This document shows positions 1-11,609 of a DNA stretch of 64,000 nt, in pieces. Below the pieces are notes generated by a model. The model searched no databases. It was not told the DNA's origin and saw only the letters and a program-made list of their open reading frames with translations. Both the position numbers and the translations under genes were made by a program. The stretch spans positions 3,442,439-3,506,438 of the forward strand of contig MU055922.1 of NCBI GenBank assembly GCA_013239625.1, in the 5' to 3' direction. The stretch is from Lama guanicoe. Taxonomy: Eukaryota. The first letter of the stretch is position 1; each line of letters begins with the position of its first letter.

Positions 1-297
1 ACCAGGAAATGGCACACACCACAGCCACATTCAGGATGGGAAAGGGGAGCATACAGGTCAGCAGCCTGAACGGGGACGGGACAGGGGTACGGGGGCGAAG
101 GGCTCCTGGGGAAGAAGCAGACAACTTGGAAGACGCACAGGACAGATGGCAGGCACCGAACCCCATCATCCAGACTGTCCGAGCTTTGCCAAAAGAACGC
201 AGCTCAGCAACTGCTCACATTTGCTGCCAGCCCAGGGACCTCTCTACTGGGACGGGGGCAGGAGATGACAAGAGTCCACCTCTGCTGCCTTCATCAC

Positions 298-558
298 CTG
301 AGTGATTGTAGTGATGCCGCAGCTGCTTCAGTTCCACCGTGAACGTCTGCTGCCAGCCCCGCAGCAGCTGCGTGTACCTCTCCCAGTGATCGGGCGCCAG
401 GTTCTCCGCCACCCACGGGGCCCGGGGCTCCTTCCGCCGAGAGACACTGTCATATGTGGTGATGGGGTGAGAATCCACGTACCCAACTGAAATAAATTCG
501 GGGATCCCATGGCCGGGATCTGAAACGCCCAGGCGAAAGTATCTCAGAGAGTGAGACC
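298..558 (-). CDS. MR1: MR1 alpha-1 domain exon (coding exon 2, 261 nt)
   Basis: Minus strand reads (R)[86 protein letters not shown](G), near-identical to MR1 alpha-1. Acceptor cctcccag (AG at 560-559) and donor G|gtgatg (GT at 297-296). Phase 1 at both ends, as in MHC-I-like genes. Confidence 0.97.
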
Positions 559-1046
559 CTGGGAGGGAGGCAAAGAAGACAGAAATTTAGAGTCACAGAC
601 GACCCCGACCTACAAGCTGCGTTGCGTTTAATCCCCGCGTTAGTCCTCCGTGTTCGGCCGCACCCGTTCCTCCCGGGACCCAGCTGCTGCTTCCTCTGAC
701 AGAATCACCGAGCCCAGGGACGGGGGCCTGGAGAGGACTCGAGAGCTTTAGCAGAGACTTGAAGCCTGTTTTGTTCAGGTTTGGAAACCTTAGGAAGCAA
801 TTTTACAGGTAACTCAGCTCGGAAGTGAAGTAGAGTGTTCTGGGGGGGGGGGNNNNNNNNNNNNNNNNNNNNNGGGGGGAGAGCCAGGACCCCTCCCTGG
901 AGCCCCCAGGCAGAGCTGTCCCTGAGGGACTCTGAGGGTTTGAAAACCTTGAAAACCTAACACCACCGCCTCGCCATTTTACCAACAAAGGCTCCAGTGG
1001 ATAAATGAGGGCCCCCACCTCTCCACTGTGCATGCACATGGGTGTA

Positions 1047-1077
1047 CGTGCGCGCACACACACACACACACACACAC
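1047..1077. repeat. (CA)n microsatellite preceded by TACGTGCGCG
   Basis: Directly visible alternating purine-pyrimidine tract. Confidence 0.95.
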
Positions 1078-3709
1078 AAAGTCTCCTTGACTGACCCACA
1101 GTGAAAACCCACATAAGGACTCAGGTGTCCCAAAGAAAATTTTTTAAAAGCATAGCACTTTTCCTGTTATACCAAACCAGCACTGTCAACCATTTTCCTA
1201 TACTTTCTACTTTTTCCTTTGTCCACACGTCATGATAAAAATCGTGAGAATCACTCAGGGTCAAAGGAGGCTAAAATGGAACAAAATTGTTTGGCCCTCT
1301 CTGCCGCTTCTGCACTGAACGTCTCTTGGCTTGTCCAGGAAGCTCCTGGGCTGGCGGAGACAGATGAGGCAGTTTCCAGGTAGTGGGATGGGTGTCATGA
1401 TCAGGTCAGTGCAGGGTGTGGGCCCTCAGGGAAGACTTTCCAGAGAAGAAACATCTTAGGGGGGATCTCGGGACAGGTGGGAGGTGAGCAGGCAACAAGG
1501 CTGGGAAGGGACCACAGGAGGGAGGATGTGGGGACCACGTGTGCAGACAGGATGTGGGACAGTGTGGCCCGTGGAGGGAACCAATGGCCCAGGACCGCTG
1601 GAGCACAGCAAGCATCACAGAGAAGACTGGGACAGACGACACCCAAGAGGCAAGCAGAGCCCAGGCTGAGAAGGCCAAGGGCCTCCCGGCCGTGCCAAGA
1701 AGCTGCAGGGATAAGGCGCTTGGCACGATGCCCTTCTTCCCCTACTCTGCTCAGTGCTGTCTGGAAATGCCCATAGCCCAGCCTTTTGTCTGGCTGCCTC
1801 CTGCCATCCTGACCCATCTAAATCCTCCCCAGTCAAAAACCATCTCCAAAGACACTCCCAGGACCAGCCCTGACATTTGCATGCTCGAGTCAAGAGGATA
1901 AAGGAGGCCCACAGTCCAGAGATCCAAATATTTAAAAGGGATAAATCAAGCTAACAAACTGCTAAATAACTTGTATCTTCCTACCTTGACAAATATCCTT
2001 TCATATGACCTCAAAGGCCAAGTTCAAATTTAAAACTCTCAGACTTTGCGGTGGCACAGAGAAAGCTGGCCTGAGACCCCTGGCCTGAGTCCCAGCTCTT
2101 TCTCCATCTACCCCAGCTCCTCCCAGCCCTGCTACAGGCCTTGTGCCCACATGCAGACATCTCTGCTCTCTCATTCAAGCTCCAGCCACAAACACTGCCT
2201 CTTTGCTACCTCTTGGGCCGACTAGAACCCTCACCAGCAGCCTAGTCCAGCCTTAGGCGAATGGACCAAAGGAAGAGGCCTGTGTAAACCCAAACAGCCC
2301 CAAGTCATCCAGGCAGCCAACTGCAAGCTCCCGGACACCTGCAGTTTGGGCTGGAGCAAGGCCCTCTAAAGTGTGAGGCCACATTCACAACTTCTCTTGC
2401 CCATGTCTAAGGGCTGGACTTAGACATCACTTCTCCTGATTTTTTCCAGGCAGCCCATACCGACGCTGTTGTCCCTTTTGTGAGCTCCCTGAGTACTTAG
2501 ACCTTTGGGCATGGCTCTTGTCACTGCGGAGAACTTTGGAGGGGTGTCAGGCCCCCATTCCCCAGGCTGAATACCACTTAATGATGTTCACGCCTTCCTC
2601 TTCAGTTATAAATACATATTTAAGAAGAAAGCCAAACTAAAAGAAAACCAGTTCACAAAATGGTTGGGTAAGTTTTGTTCACGAAAGTCTATAATTTTCT
2701 TTTTTCTAAAACTGTTTCTGAAAGAATTCATAACGGCAGATTATCTTTTAGAACTGACTGCCCTAAGGCCAGGGAACGCTTACCTTAATTACGAGGGGAG
2801 ATAGGGTTCCCTGAGACTGAACCAGGCCTGCTGGCCCCTTCCAACAGAAGACATCAGGTCTGTAAACACAGCGCAAGCTCCCCGTTCTCCCTGCTCCTTT
2901 AGCTGGGGAAGGGGCAGTGTGGCAGGGTTCAGAGCAGGCACTAACCCTAGAGGTTGTATCCTGCATGTCAGCTGCAGAGCTGAGCAAGACAGAGGCTGGT
3001 CTCCCCCAGGCCTGGGCTGAGCATAAGGGCCCCAAAGTCCTTCTACTCAGCTTTGATCTTTTATTCCGCACCCCTTTCCCTCCCTGTGGGGTAGCAGCTG
3101 GGGTGGGGAGGCAACTCAGTGGAAGCCTCTGAGGCTGGATATAAGATCATCGTAAAAGTGTTGGTTCTTATGAAAACAAGAGCCAGGTAAAGCAGAAGCA
3201 CCAATTCTCTCCCCAAAACAACAGCTGCCTCTGTTCTCTTAATCTTTATTCACCCTCTGCCCACTTCTCAGTCCTAAGGTACTGAAAACTGGGACTCGGC
3301 TTCTTCCCTCTGTACTTCCCGCAAGGCCTAGCACAGGGAGCCTGGCCCATGGCGGGAGCTTCTTAAATATTTGTGAATTAAACTGTCGGTAAAACACTTT
3401 GTTTCTCTCCTTCAAAACAGTGAAATATGCTGAAATGAATAAGAATCTATTTGATCTGGAACTTATATTTCTAAAAAAGTACTTTTCATAAAGACCAGGC
3501 TGGTGACTGGGGAGCAGAGCTGAAATTTGATTTACATCCAGTCCAAAGTCTGCAAAAGGTATGTATGCTTGAGTCTGCAACTGATTTTACAAACAGTTCT
3601 ATTTCTCCCCGTCTGGAAAGGTTTGGTGGCTGCTCTGCAGATACACACGTGTTTAAAGATGGAGGCCAAAGGAAGAGCAAGTCATGAAGATCAGTTCCCA
3701 CACTCTCTT

Positions 3710-4190
3710 ATTATTCGTCTGTGTATTCAACAAACACGTGAGCACCTCCTCTGTGCCACATGCTGTTCCAGGCCCTGAACACACCCTTGACAAAACAGAT
3801 AAAAATGTGTGCCCTTCTGGAGCCTACATCCTCATGGAGGAGGGGAGGAGGGCAGACGATATAAAATACATACATATAACATGTCTTTTTTAAAGCAATG
3901 GAGAAAAACAAAACAGCAACGAGGACTAGGCATTATGATTTTAACCATCAGTACTTAAGGAAGGCATCCTGAGACGGTGACTTCTGAACGAGTGCCTGCA
4001 GGGAGTGAGGGGGCAGGCAGACATCTGGGGACCGCAGCCCAGGCGGGGGGTGGGGGTGGGGGCTGTCCAGAGGCCCAGCAGAAAGGACATGCCTGGCACA
4101 ATCCGGGGAGCAGCAGTGAGGCCCGGGGCCGGAGCGAGGGAGTGAGGGGAAGAGAAGGAGACAGGAATGCTTCCACAGTTACTGATAGCA
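3710..4190 (-). mobile_element. L2 3' fragment
   Basis: attcaacaaacacgtgagcacctcctctgtgcca..., the antisense L2 3' end. Similar fragments at ~6865-7250 and ~35670-36050. Confidence 0.65.
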
Positions 4191-5017
4191 GAAACGTCAC
4201 AGAAATCTAACTCCAGGGACAGAATGGGAGAGGGGAGGGAAGAAGGAATTTGAAAGGAGACTGTTGCTGATTGGGATAGCCCTTGCCTTGGAGTCCGGGT
4301 TTCCTTTTATGCCATCTGAGGTCTACATGCTTGGTAGATGCCAACAAACGAAATAAAATAAAATAAAACAAAAGTGTTAACAACTTGGGGCATTACTGCT
4401 CAACAGGATTTATTCTAAGCGAGTATCACTGACATCATCTCTACTCATATTGCTTAGAATTTGTGTAATTTCGCTTCCTTGTAAAAATGTAACTTCATAA
4501 AAATCTGCATTATCCAGCGTTTATAAGAGATAAATAGAGAGACACATGGTCTGTTGCCAACACTGTCCAAGGACAGTGGAATGCCCTTTTCTCCAGCCTC
4601 CATCTCAGTCTAATTCCTGGTGTAGGAGCAGTTTTTCTCCACTAGCCAGCCCTGACTTCAAAGGCTGCTCTGCCCCTGAAGGCTGGCCTCCATCTGCCGG
4701 TCATCTGCCCGTCCGCCCTCGTGCAGCCGCGGCATGGCTCTGCTCCAGGAATCACAGCCCTGTCCACTTCGTTTGCCATGGACCCAATTACCCATCTGGT
4801 GTGTCCACAGGTACAAGTCATGCTTGCTCCTTAGCTGGGCTTCCAAAATGCTCCCTCAGCTGTGACAGGAAGCTGGCTGACAGATGTGAATTCAGTAACT
4901 CAGAACAGCAAAGGCAGGGGAAGCCGGTGGTACCCTTTCTCTCACGGTACATCAGACCTTGTGATAAGTTATATCCTACGGCCATGCTGCCCGGATGACA
5001 AGATTTCCACTATAACT

Positions 5018-5100
5018 ATGAAGGTTGAATCATCTGAAAAGACCTGTATTTGACCATTTTTAATCTACCAAAATGGCAATTTCGTATGATTCCATCTAAC
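5018..5100. mobile_element. MADE2-like mariner MITE (~80 bp)
   Basis: Imperfect terminal inverted repeats aggttgaatcatctgaaa ... atttcgtatgattccatct. Confidence 0.6.
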
Positions 5101-5647
5101 CTGACTCTTTCTTCTTGCTGCAATAATTATGAAATTAGGTTTCTCTCTCCCTTTCCATGAACAGATTATCAGCAGCAACTCACTTATGGAACTGAAATTT
5201 ACAATTTCGAATTTGGTCCAGGCCAGTCAAGCGGCTTCTCAAAGAACACCTGCTGCCCTGTCCCAATAGCCCGTGACAGACATTGCTGGAACGCCCAAAC
5301 CACACAGCCTAACAGCAGTTAGACCAGACGCAGCGGTGACTGTATGTCCTCAGTGATGTGCCCTTTAACCTGGACCATTTTGACAAAAGGCTGTGAAAAT
5401 CACTGGATTATAAAATAACTGATAAAGTGTTTTCAGGTATTCGTTGATTGGGGCAACTGATATTTACTGAGTTCCTACAAACATGAACAAGGAATCATGA
5501 GACAGTGTGAGGAAGGGAACAGACCAGACACCAGTCACTTCCTCCAGGAACTTAAGTATTATCGGACAGCTAAAGCACATGACATAAACGAATGCAACAT
5601 GAGAACACGTGACAGCAGACAGTAAGTGCCACAAAAGAGGTACCCAT

Positions 5648-5745
5648 AGGGGTAGGGGGTATAGCTCAATGGTAGATCGTGGACTTGGCGTGCACGAGGT
5701 CCTGGGTTCAATTCCCAGTACCTCTGTTAAGGGGAGCGGGTGAAG
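5648..5745 (+). mobile_element. tRNA-derived SINE (vic-1-like)
   Basis: A box tatagctcaatggtag and B box ggttcaattccc; target-site duplication (TSD) AAGAGGTACC at 5635-5644 and 5746-5755. Confidence 0.85.
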
Positions 5746-5921
5746 AAGAGGTACCACCGGAGTACTCCAGCAGCTAGAGGAGAGAGAGCCTACTCTCACA
5801 TGGAGGAATCCAGAAATGCCACAAGGAGGAGGTGGAAAACCTTCTGGAAAGTTGGGCCTTCCGTGAACTGTGAAGGGCAGCAAAATCAGAGTCAAAACCC
5901 TCAGAACTGCACCGATTTCTT

Positions 5922-6075
5922 CTTTTTTTCCTTTTTGTATTATTTAATTATTTTACTTTGGCTGGAGGGCAGGTAACTAATTTGTTTTTACAGGAGGTAC
6001 TGGGGCTTGAACCCAGGACCTCGTGTGTCCTAAGCATGTGCTCTACCACTTGAACTAGAGCTCTACCCTCTCCCC
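5922..6075 (-). mobile_element. tRNA-derived SINE (vic-1-like)
   Basis: Reverse-complement SINE body with a T-rich tail; 20-bp TSD CAGAA(C/T)TGCAC(C/T)GATTTCTT at 5902-5921 and 6076-6095. Confidence 0.85.
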
Positions 6076-6599
6076 CAGAATTGCACTGATTTCTTGAGCA
6101 CATGCCATATAGTAGCTACCATGCTAAGCCTTTGATAAACTTGAGTTACATTTATTTACTCCTCACAGCAACCCTTTGAGGTAGGTCTCAAATTTCCTGT
6201 TGCACAGATAGAAAAGGGGTGCAGAGAGATGAAGAAAATTGCCCAAGAGCATCCTCAGAATCCTTAAGTGAAGGACCCGGCAATTACACTCCGACCTCTC
6301 AGGCGGGAAGCCCCTCTGCCTTAGACTACCCAGCTGGTCCTAAGCAGAGGCACTGCCCCATCCCAGGCTCTGTTTCAGGCTCCTGGGCCGGATCACCATT
6401 GCTCTCTGCCGCCCCCTTGTGTCAAGGATGACTCACTGTCTTGGATTTCCCAGTTGCTGGGGGCCCCCAGGGCCCAGACCTTCCTACAAGTGTGTGTGGG
6501 TCCTGATTGGATAACTGGTTCAACAAAGTCCCAATTATTTGCTGGCCCTCCCAAGTAGCCCAAAGCCTTAATACAGTCAAAATGATTGTGATTCCTGGG

Positions 6600-8060
6600 A
6601 ACCGCTCTCTGGAATTCAAGGCATCGTGAGAATGAGGGGGAGAAGTGGAGGGTGATATTTTTAGTCAAGAGGGCCTTTGGACACTTCTCAAACTATGCAG
6701 TGATGTGGGCGGTTCTATGCGCATTAAGAGCTGCCAGTCCCTCTCCTAACCCCTCCTCTCACTACAGGCCAGGAAGTGCTGAATATGGCAGTTTGACTTC
6801 TTGGTTACTCTTTTGAGGCTACCCTTCGGAGGTTACCAAAGTCTCCTTTCATTTAAGATTTATTCTTTTCTGAATTTCCAGTAGGCACAGTCCTAGCTGC
6901 TAGGGATACGGCGATGAACACACCGAAGCCCCAACCCTCTGAGCTCCTTTCTAGAAGGAATACTGGCAATAGATAAATATCTGATATAAGATTAGCTGAT
7001 AGTGGTTGTGGAGTGAAATAAAGCAGGGAAAGGAGACAGAGTATGAAGAGGACCGATCTTTTAGGTAGAAGGACCAGGGATGGCCTCTCCGAGCAGGTGG
7101 CATTTGAGCAGCGATGTGAATGAAGTAAGGAAGTGAGCCATGAAAGAAGGACCTTCCAGACACAACAGCAAGCCCACGTCCTCAAGGTTGCTGCGTGCTC
7201 CGCGTGATGAGGAGCGGTCCCCAAGGAGACCACTGGGGGCCACACAAAGCTTTGGAGAAGCTGGTGGGCTTTTTTCTCAGTTCTCTCTGTATACAAGGAT
7301 GACCATACGTCTCCTATTTCCCTGAAGAACTGCAATTTTATGAGTTTTATTCTTTTTAAATGATTCGTTGAAATTGCAACCAAAAGTGATCTGGTACTTA
7401 TACTCTTGAAAGGTTTTCCATAATAAATATAAATTTGGACGTCAGAAAGAATGTCCTTTCTCATCTGTCTCAATTTGGGTTTCATAAAGCAAGTGTTTAA
7501 AGAGCCATGTGTTTGATCTTTAACCTAGGCCCCCTCCTTCCAGCTCTTGGCAAATCCTCTGGGGTAAGAGCATGATTGAGGTCAATGGATTTTAGTGAGA
7601 ATAGACAGATACTCCAATTAGTTAGGAGAAAATCTACAAATTAGTTGAATTGCTCAGATTTAGATGGATTCAATGTCAACCAAGAAGAAGACGGCCTTAG
7701 GGGAGTAAAACATTATCTTGGAGAAATTTCCACTGCACATACCTTGGCAACAGCTCCATGGAAACAGACTGAAGTCTAGTAGAGTCTACAGCAAATGCCC
7801 ATATTTTCGCATGTTAACTCTTTGAACTCAAGGTCATTTCTAAGCAGATCATCCTCAAGTCTGTCTTTTAACACTAGCCTGGTTGACAATTTAGGGGGCT
7901 TATCCATCATCAGTCCTTGTCTGTGAAGGACTCTGTCATTCATGAAGCAGACTGATACATCCATGGAGTGATGAGTCGTATCAAGAGACTGGCCTTGGCT
8001 ATTTCAGGATCAAACACAGAAGCCACATATGGCTCTGCAAGAGAGATCCCCCTGTGTGCT
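6600..8060 (+). mobile_element. Probable ancient Gypsy-type pol remnant (RNase H and integrase), interrupted by L2 and a MITE
   Basis: Degenerate collinear motifs across frames: PLLSL...GYQ, NGILVR.DR, TAPWKQ, YSKCP, LKSVF, VDN.G, EAD*YI, PHMALQ.RSP. Confidence 0.4.
7295..7460. mobile_element. hAT-Blackjack-type MITE (MER63/MER94-like)
   Basis: Terminus aggatgaccatacgtctcc resembles the Blackjack terminal repeat agggtgaccatacgtcc. Confidence 0.45.
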
Positions 8061-10422
8061 CCACCCTGACTACACCCATCTACATCACTAGCTCAGTTTC
8101 CCACGGGCTGAAATGAAGAACAAGATGAGTTGTAAAACATGAAATATCTTTCTTTTTCATACAAACTCCACACTGGAGTAAACCACATTTGTGAGTTTGC
8201 AGCCACTGTTGCTGCCCACGTTCTCCAGGCCTCACGGTCAGGTCACTTTAATTTCTTAGGGACGTCACCTTGGAATATAAATTTACTCAGAAGTCAACTA
8301 TTAAATGCCAACTGGTCACTAGGGAATGCCAGGGAAGTAAAGAAGAGAAAACTGAGGGGCTCTCTCCCCATGTTTAACAGAGCCTTGAAGGAGAGATTCT
8401 TGTAAACAGAGAATTATAACACTGTGAGCAGGAGCCGTGGGGGGACAAAGGAAAGCGTGGCCTCCTGCAGGCTGTGGAGTCAATGAAAGCAACGCACTGG
8501 AGGTGATGTCGGCGTGATCTTGACATTGAACTGTGATCCCAAGTCCTCTGGTGTCTCCTCCCTGCATTTCCATGTCTAGAAGCTCCTACTCAGGGCCAGC
8601 ATTAGACTGAAATATCAAGCAGACCGAGTCTTTTTTCATAACCTCATCTTCCTTCCCTGTCAGCATCCCTCAGTGCTCAGGAACGCTCAGTCAGTGCCCT
8701 GGCAGGTAACAGCCTTTGCTCCAGATGAGTCACATGAAGAAACTTTAATGAAGGTATGGGCCAGGTTAAGGGAACAAATGAGGGATGATGGGGCACCCCA
8801 AAGCCAGCAGCTATAGGAAGCCACTCCTACCCCTAGGGTTGCAGAGATAAGAGCAGCAACTAGTGTTACTGAAGCCCAGTGGGAGCTAGAACCGTGAAGA
8901 AGGGGCTATTCCGAGAAAACAACAATGCAGAAGGACGCAGCTACTACCAGAGACGCTAGAGAAGGAGGGAAAGGAGGAAGAAGGAAACAATACCCCAGCC
9001 TCTCTGATCGCTCTCCTTTCAGTGTCTCCTGTTGGGTGAATCCAAACAGAAATCGGCTTGTAGCAGTCAGTGGCCCAAGGCACAAGACAGGACCGAGAAG
9101 GATGAAGTTGAAGGAGTCAAAGGAAGAATAAACAACACAAAGTGACCTCCCCTGCCCTTTATACTTGACTGGTTTTATTTCTCATTCCACTAGTCATCTA
9201 TGTGCCAAGCATTCACATCCAGAGGGGCTGTGATGTTGTGGGAGAGCCCTGGACCGCGGGCTAGGAGACCTGCGCGCACTTCCAAGTCTGCTTATCCTGT
9301 GAGCTGAGTCAGCCTCTCCGGGCCTGGGTCTCCTCCTCGTGAAATGGGAATATTTTCTTAGCCTGCCACAGGGTTAGAGAGACCGTCACGTTAAACGTGT
9401 ATAGGGGACATTGTGGTCACCTTAGTGGAGAGTCCTTTAAGGATCAAATACAGGTAATATATAGGGTTTTCGACCTTCTAGAAATATCACCCTTTACCTC
9501 TCTCCTCCTTTCCTGTTTTCATCCTGTGTCTCTTACCCTCATCCCTAGTCCTTCCCATTTCTGACCTGAATGGTGGGACTTTTCTGGATTAAATTTCTAT
9601 ACAAACAGAACCCACGTCTGTCTTGTTCAGTGTCATATCCACAACAGTGTCTGGCACATAGTAGGCCATCAACCAATATTTGTGCAATTAACACACAGCT
9701 GATTTGAAAGAGCTCCTTCCTGTCCTGTTCATGGATCACCGCCTATGTAGGTGGCCCAGGCCCACCCGGCCCCTGGGAGTGCGGCCCCTAACTGGGCAAG
9801 TGGTCGCTTAGGGCAGAGAAGCCCGGCGCTTCCAGCCTAGAGGCCTTCTTATGTGCTTGGGGCAACAGAGGGCCTCTGCTTCCCTGCTAACGTGGGTCTC
9901 CTGAACGGTGAGGAGCTCCTTCTACTCAGTTGATACCGCTTACACCCAGTCAACAAGTGCAGAACTGTGGTTCTGTCTTTCTGGGAACCTGTGCTACAGG
10001 TAGGGCTTGTGGTGAGGAGGGAAAACAAGTAACCCTGAACAGTGGATCTGCTCCCTGTTCAATGGCCCTGAAACCCTGACTGCATCCTCATGAGACTTGC
10101 CAAGCTAGTGGAGAGAAAAAACAAAAGTGAAAGATATAAGCAGAAAAGAAAGAGAGCATGCTCAGAAGGGGAGCAGGAAGTTACCCGAAGGATCTTTCCA
10201 GAATGGCTCCCATCCCCTCAGAAGGTGGGTGACATCAAAATCCTGCCCAACACGAGCTGGAAAATCGCGCAGCTAGTCTATCACTCCGACAATTCCTGGG
10301 TTTAATAAACACACTTTTCCGCCCCTGGCTTCTTTATTTCACCAGAAGTTTTAGGAAGTTGCTGGTTCCCCGAGGCTGCCTCAGCTGCGGGCTTGGGAGC
10401 AAAGAGAACTTGGGGTACTCAC

Positions 10423-10498
10423 GAGCGTTGCTGTGCTTCGCAGTTAATACAACGATGAGAGGTAACAGGAGCCCCTCTGAAGTCCTTCTCTTTCCCAT
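10423..10498 (-). CDS. MR1: MR1 signal-peptide exon (coding exon 1)
   Basis: Reads MGKRRTSEGLLLPLIVVLTAKHSNA+C|gtgagt. LLPLIVVL..KHS.A matches MR1 leaders, and C plus GG from exon 2 makes Arg1 of the mature protein. The start codon position is inferred (see findings). Confidence 0.88.
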
Positions 10499-10499
10499 T

Positions 10500-10700
10500 C
10501 TTTTCACCAAAGCACTGACAGATCCCTGCTGATCTTTCAAGAACCTATACAGGCGGCTCTGGAGTGATTCAGCGACTGAGTGACACTCAGGGCTCTCTCC
10601 CAGTAAAAACAGGGGAAATCGCGTTGTCAGTTGCTAGGTAGAATAGAGAGAAAACAAAGTACCGCCTTCTGCAGTGCTCTTTAACCCTTTGTTGGTCTTA
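10500..10700 (-). promoter_or_regulatory. Putative MR1 5'UTR and proximal promoter
   Basis: Directly upstream of MR1 exon 1. Contains an RFX/X-box-like GTTGCTAGGTAG (10630-10641) and an imperfect kB-like GGGGAAATC (~10612-10620). Motif matches only. Confidence 0.4.
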
Positions 10701-10760
10701 GACTCTGCTTGCTCCTTTTGCTGTGTCCATCTTGATTCTGTTCCCAACTTGTTTTGTTTG

Positions 10761-10870
10761 TTTTTTATTGAGTTATAGCCAGTTTACAATGTTGTGTCAA
10801 TTTCTGGTGTACAGCACAATTTTTCAGTCATACATGAATATACATTTATTCGTTTTCGTATTTTTTTCAC
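10761..10870 (-). mobile_element. 5'-truncated L1 3' end (younger family)
   Basis: ttttattgag..tttacaatgttgtgtcaatttctggtgtacagc; same motif at 32727, 39700 and 41340, and reversed at ~15840-15915. Confidence 0.7.
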
Positions 10871-11609
10871 TCAACTTTTTAATATTGATGGAGCACAGCT
10901 ATGTGAAAGACACAGGGAACACAAAGATTAATTATATCTGGTCCCTCAGGGAGCTCAGGAGAAAAGAAGCCTTTGCTTGTTGGCTGGAGCTTAGATTTCA
11001 CCCCAAGGTCCATGAGAAAGAGTCACACACAGCTTCTAGGACATGGAACTCCCTGCTCTGGCTTCCTACAGTGCCACAGTCTGATACAGTCTGTCTCACA
11101 GCGACTGTCCTGTCGTTCTTAGCACAGGTCTTTCCTGCTGCTCTAGCACCCAGCACAATAGCTCAAAAAATGCTTGTGGAATTTAAAAGAGCAAGAAAAA
11201 GCCTAAAAGAGGATTTTGAGGGGCAGCTGCTTGGCTTGCTTGGTTAGCAACCCTCAGCGCCAAGCCATGGCTACATTGTCATCAGGAGAGCATGATGAAT
11301 TGGGAAACAGAAGCTTAAACTTGTCCAGGGAGGTGGAGGACAGGCTCAGACAGGAAAGAGGAAGCGGAGGTGAATGGGAGGGATGAGGGGAAGGTAAGCC
11401 CACCAGGCAGGCTGGCTTGCTCTCTGGTTCAGGGACATGGGCTTGCATCCCAGCTACCTGACCTTGGGCAGAGTCCCAGATTGCACTGGGGCTCAGTTTT
11501 CTCAACTATGAAAGCAAATCCTGGCATCTATTTCACACAGTTGTTGAAGAATTAGATGAGAGTATGTTTATGATGTACCAGTAGGTTGTAGAACGTATTG
11601 GTTTCCTTC

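Noticed and set aside
6853-7700. 210-aa minus-strand ORF and a nearby HLNLSN motif that suggested an LRR (LRRC63-like) pseudogene
   Set aside because: The ORF runs through a Blackjack-like MITE and an L2 fragment, has no LRR periodicity, and the + strand is better explained as a Gypsy-like relic.
8690-9130. Possible ERVL-type LTR
   Set aside because: It looks LTR-like, but I could not fix its family or ends with confidence.
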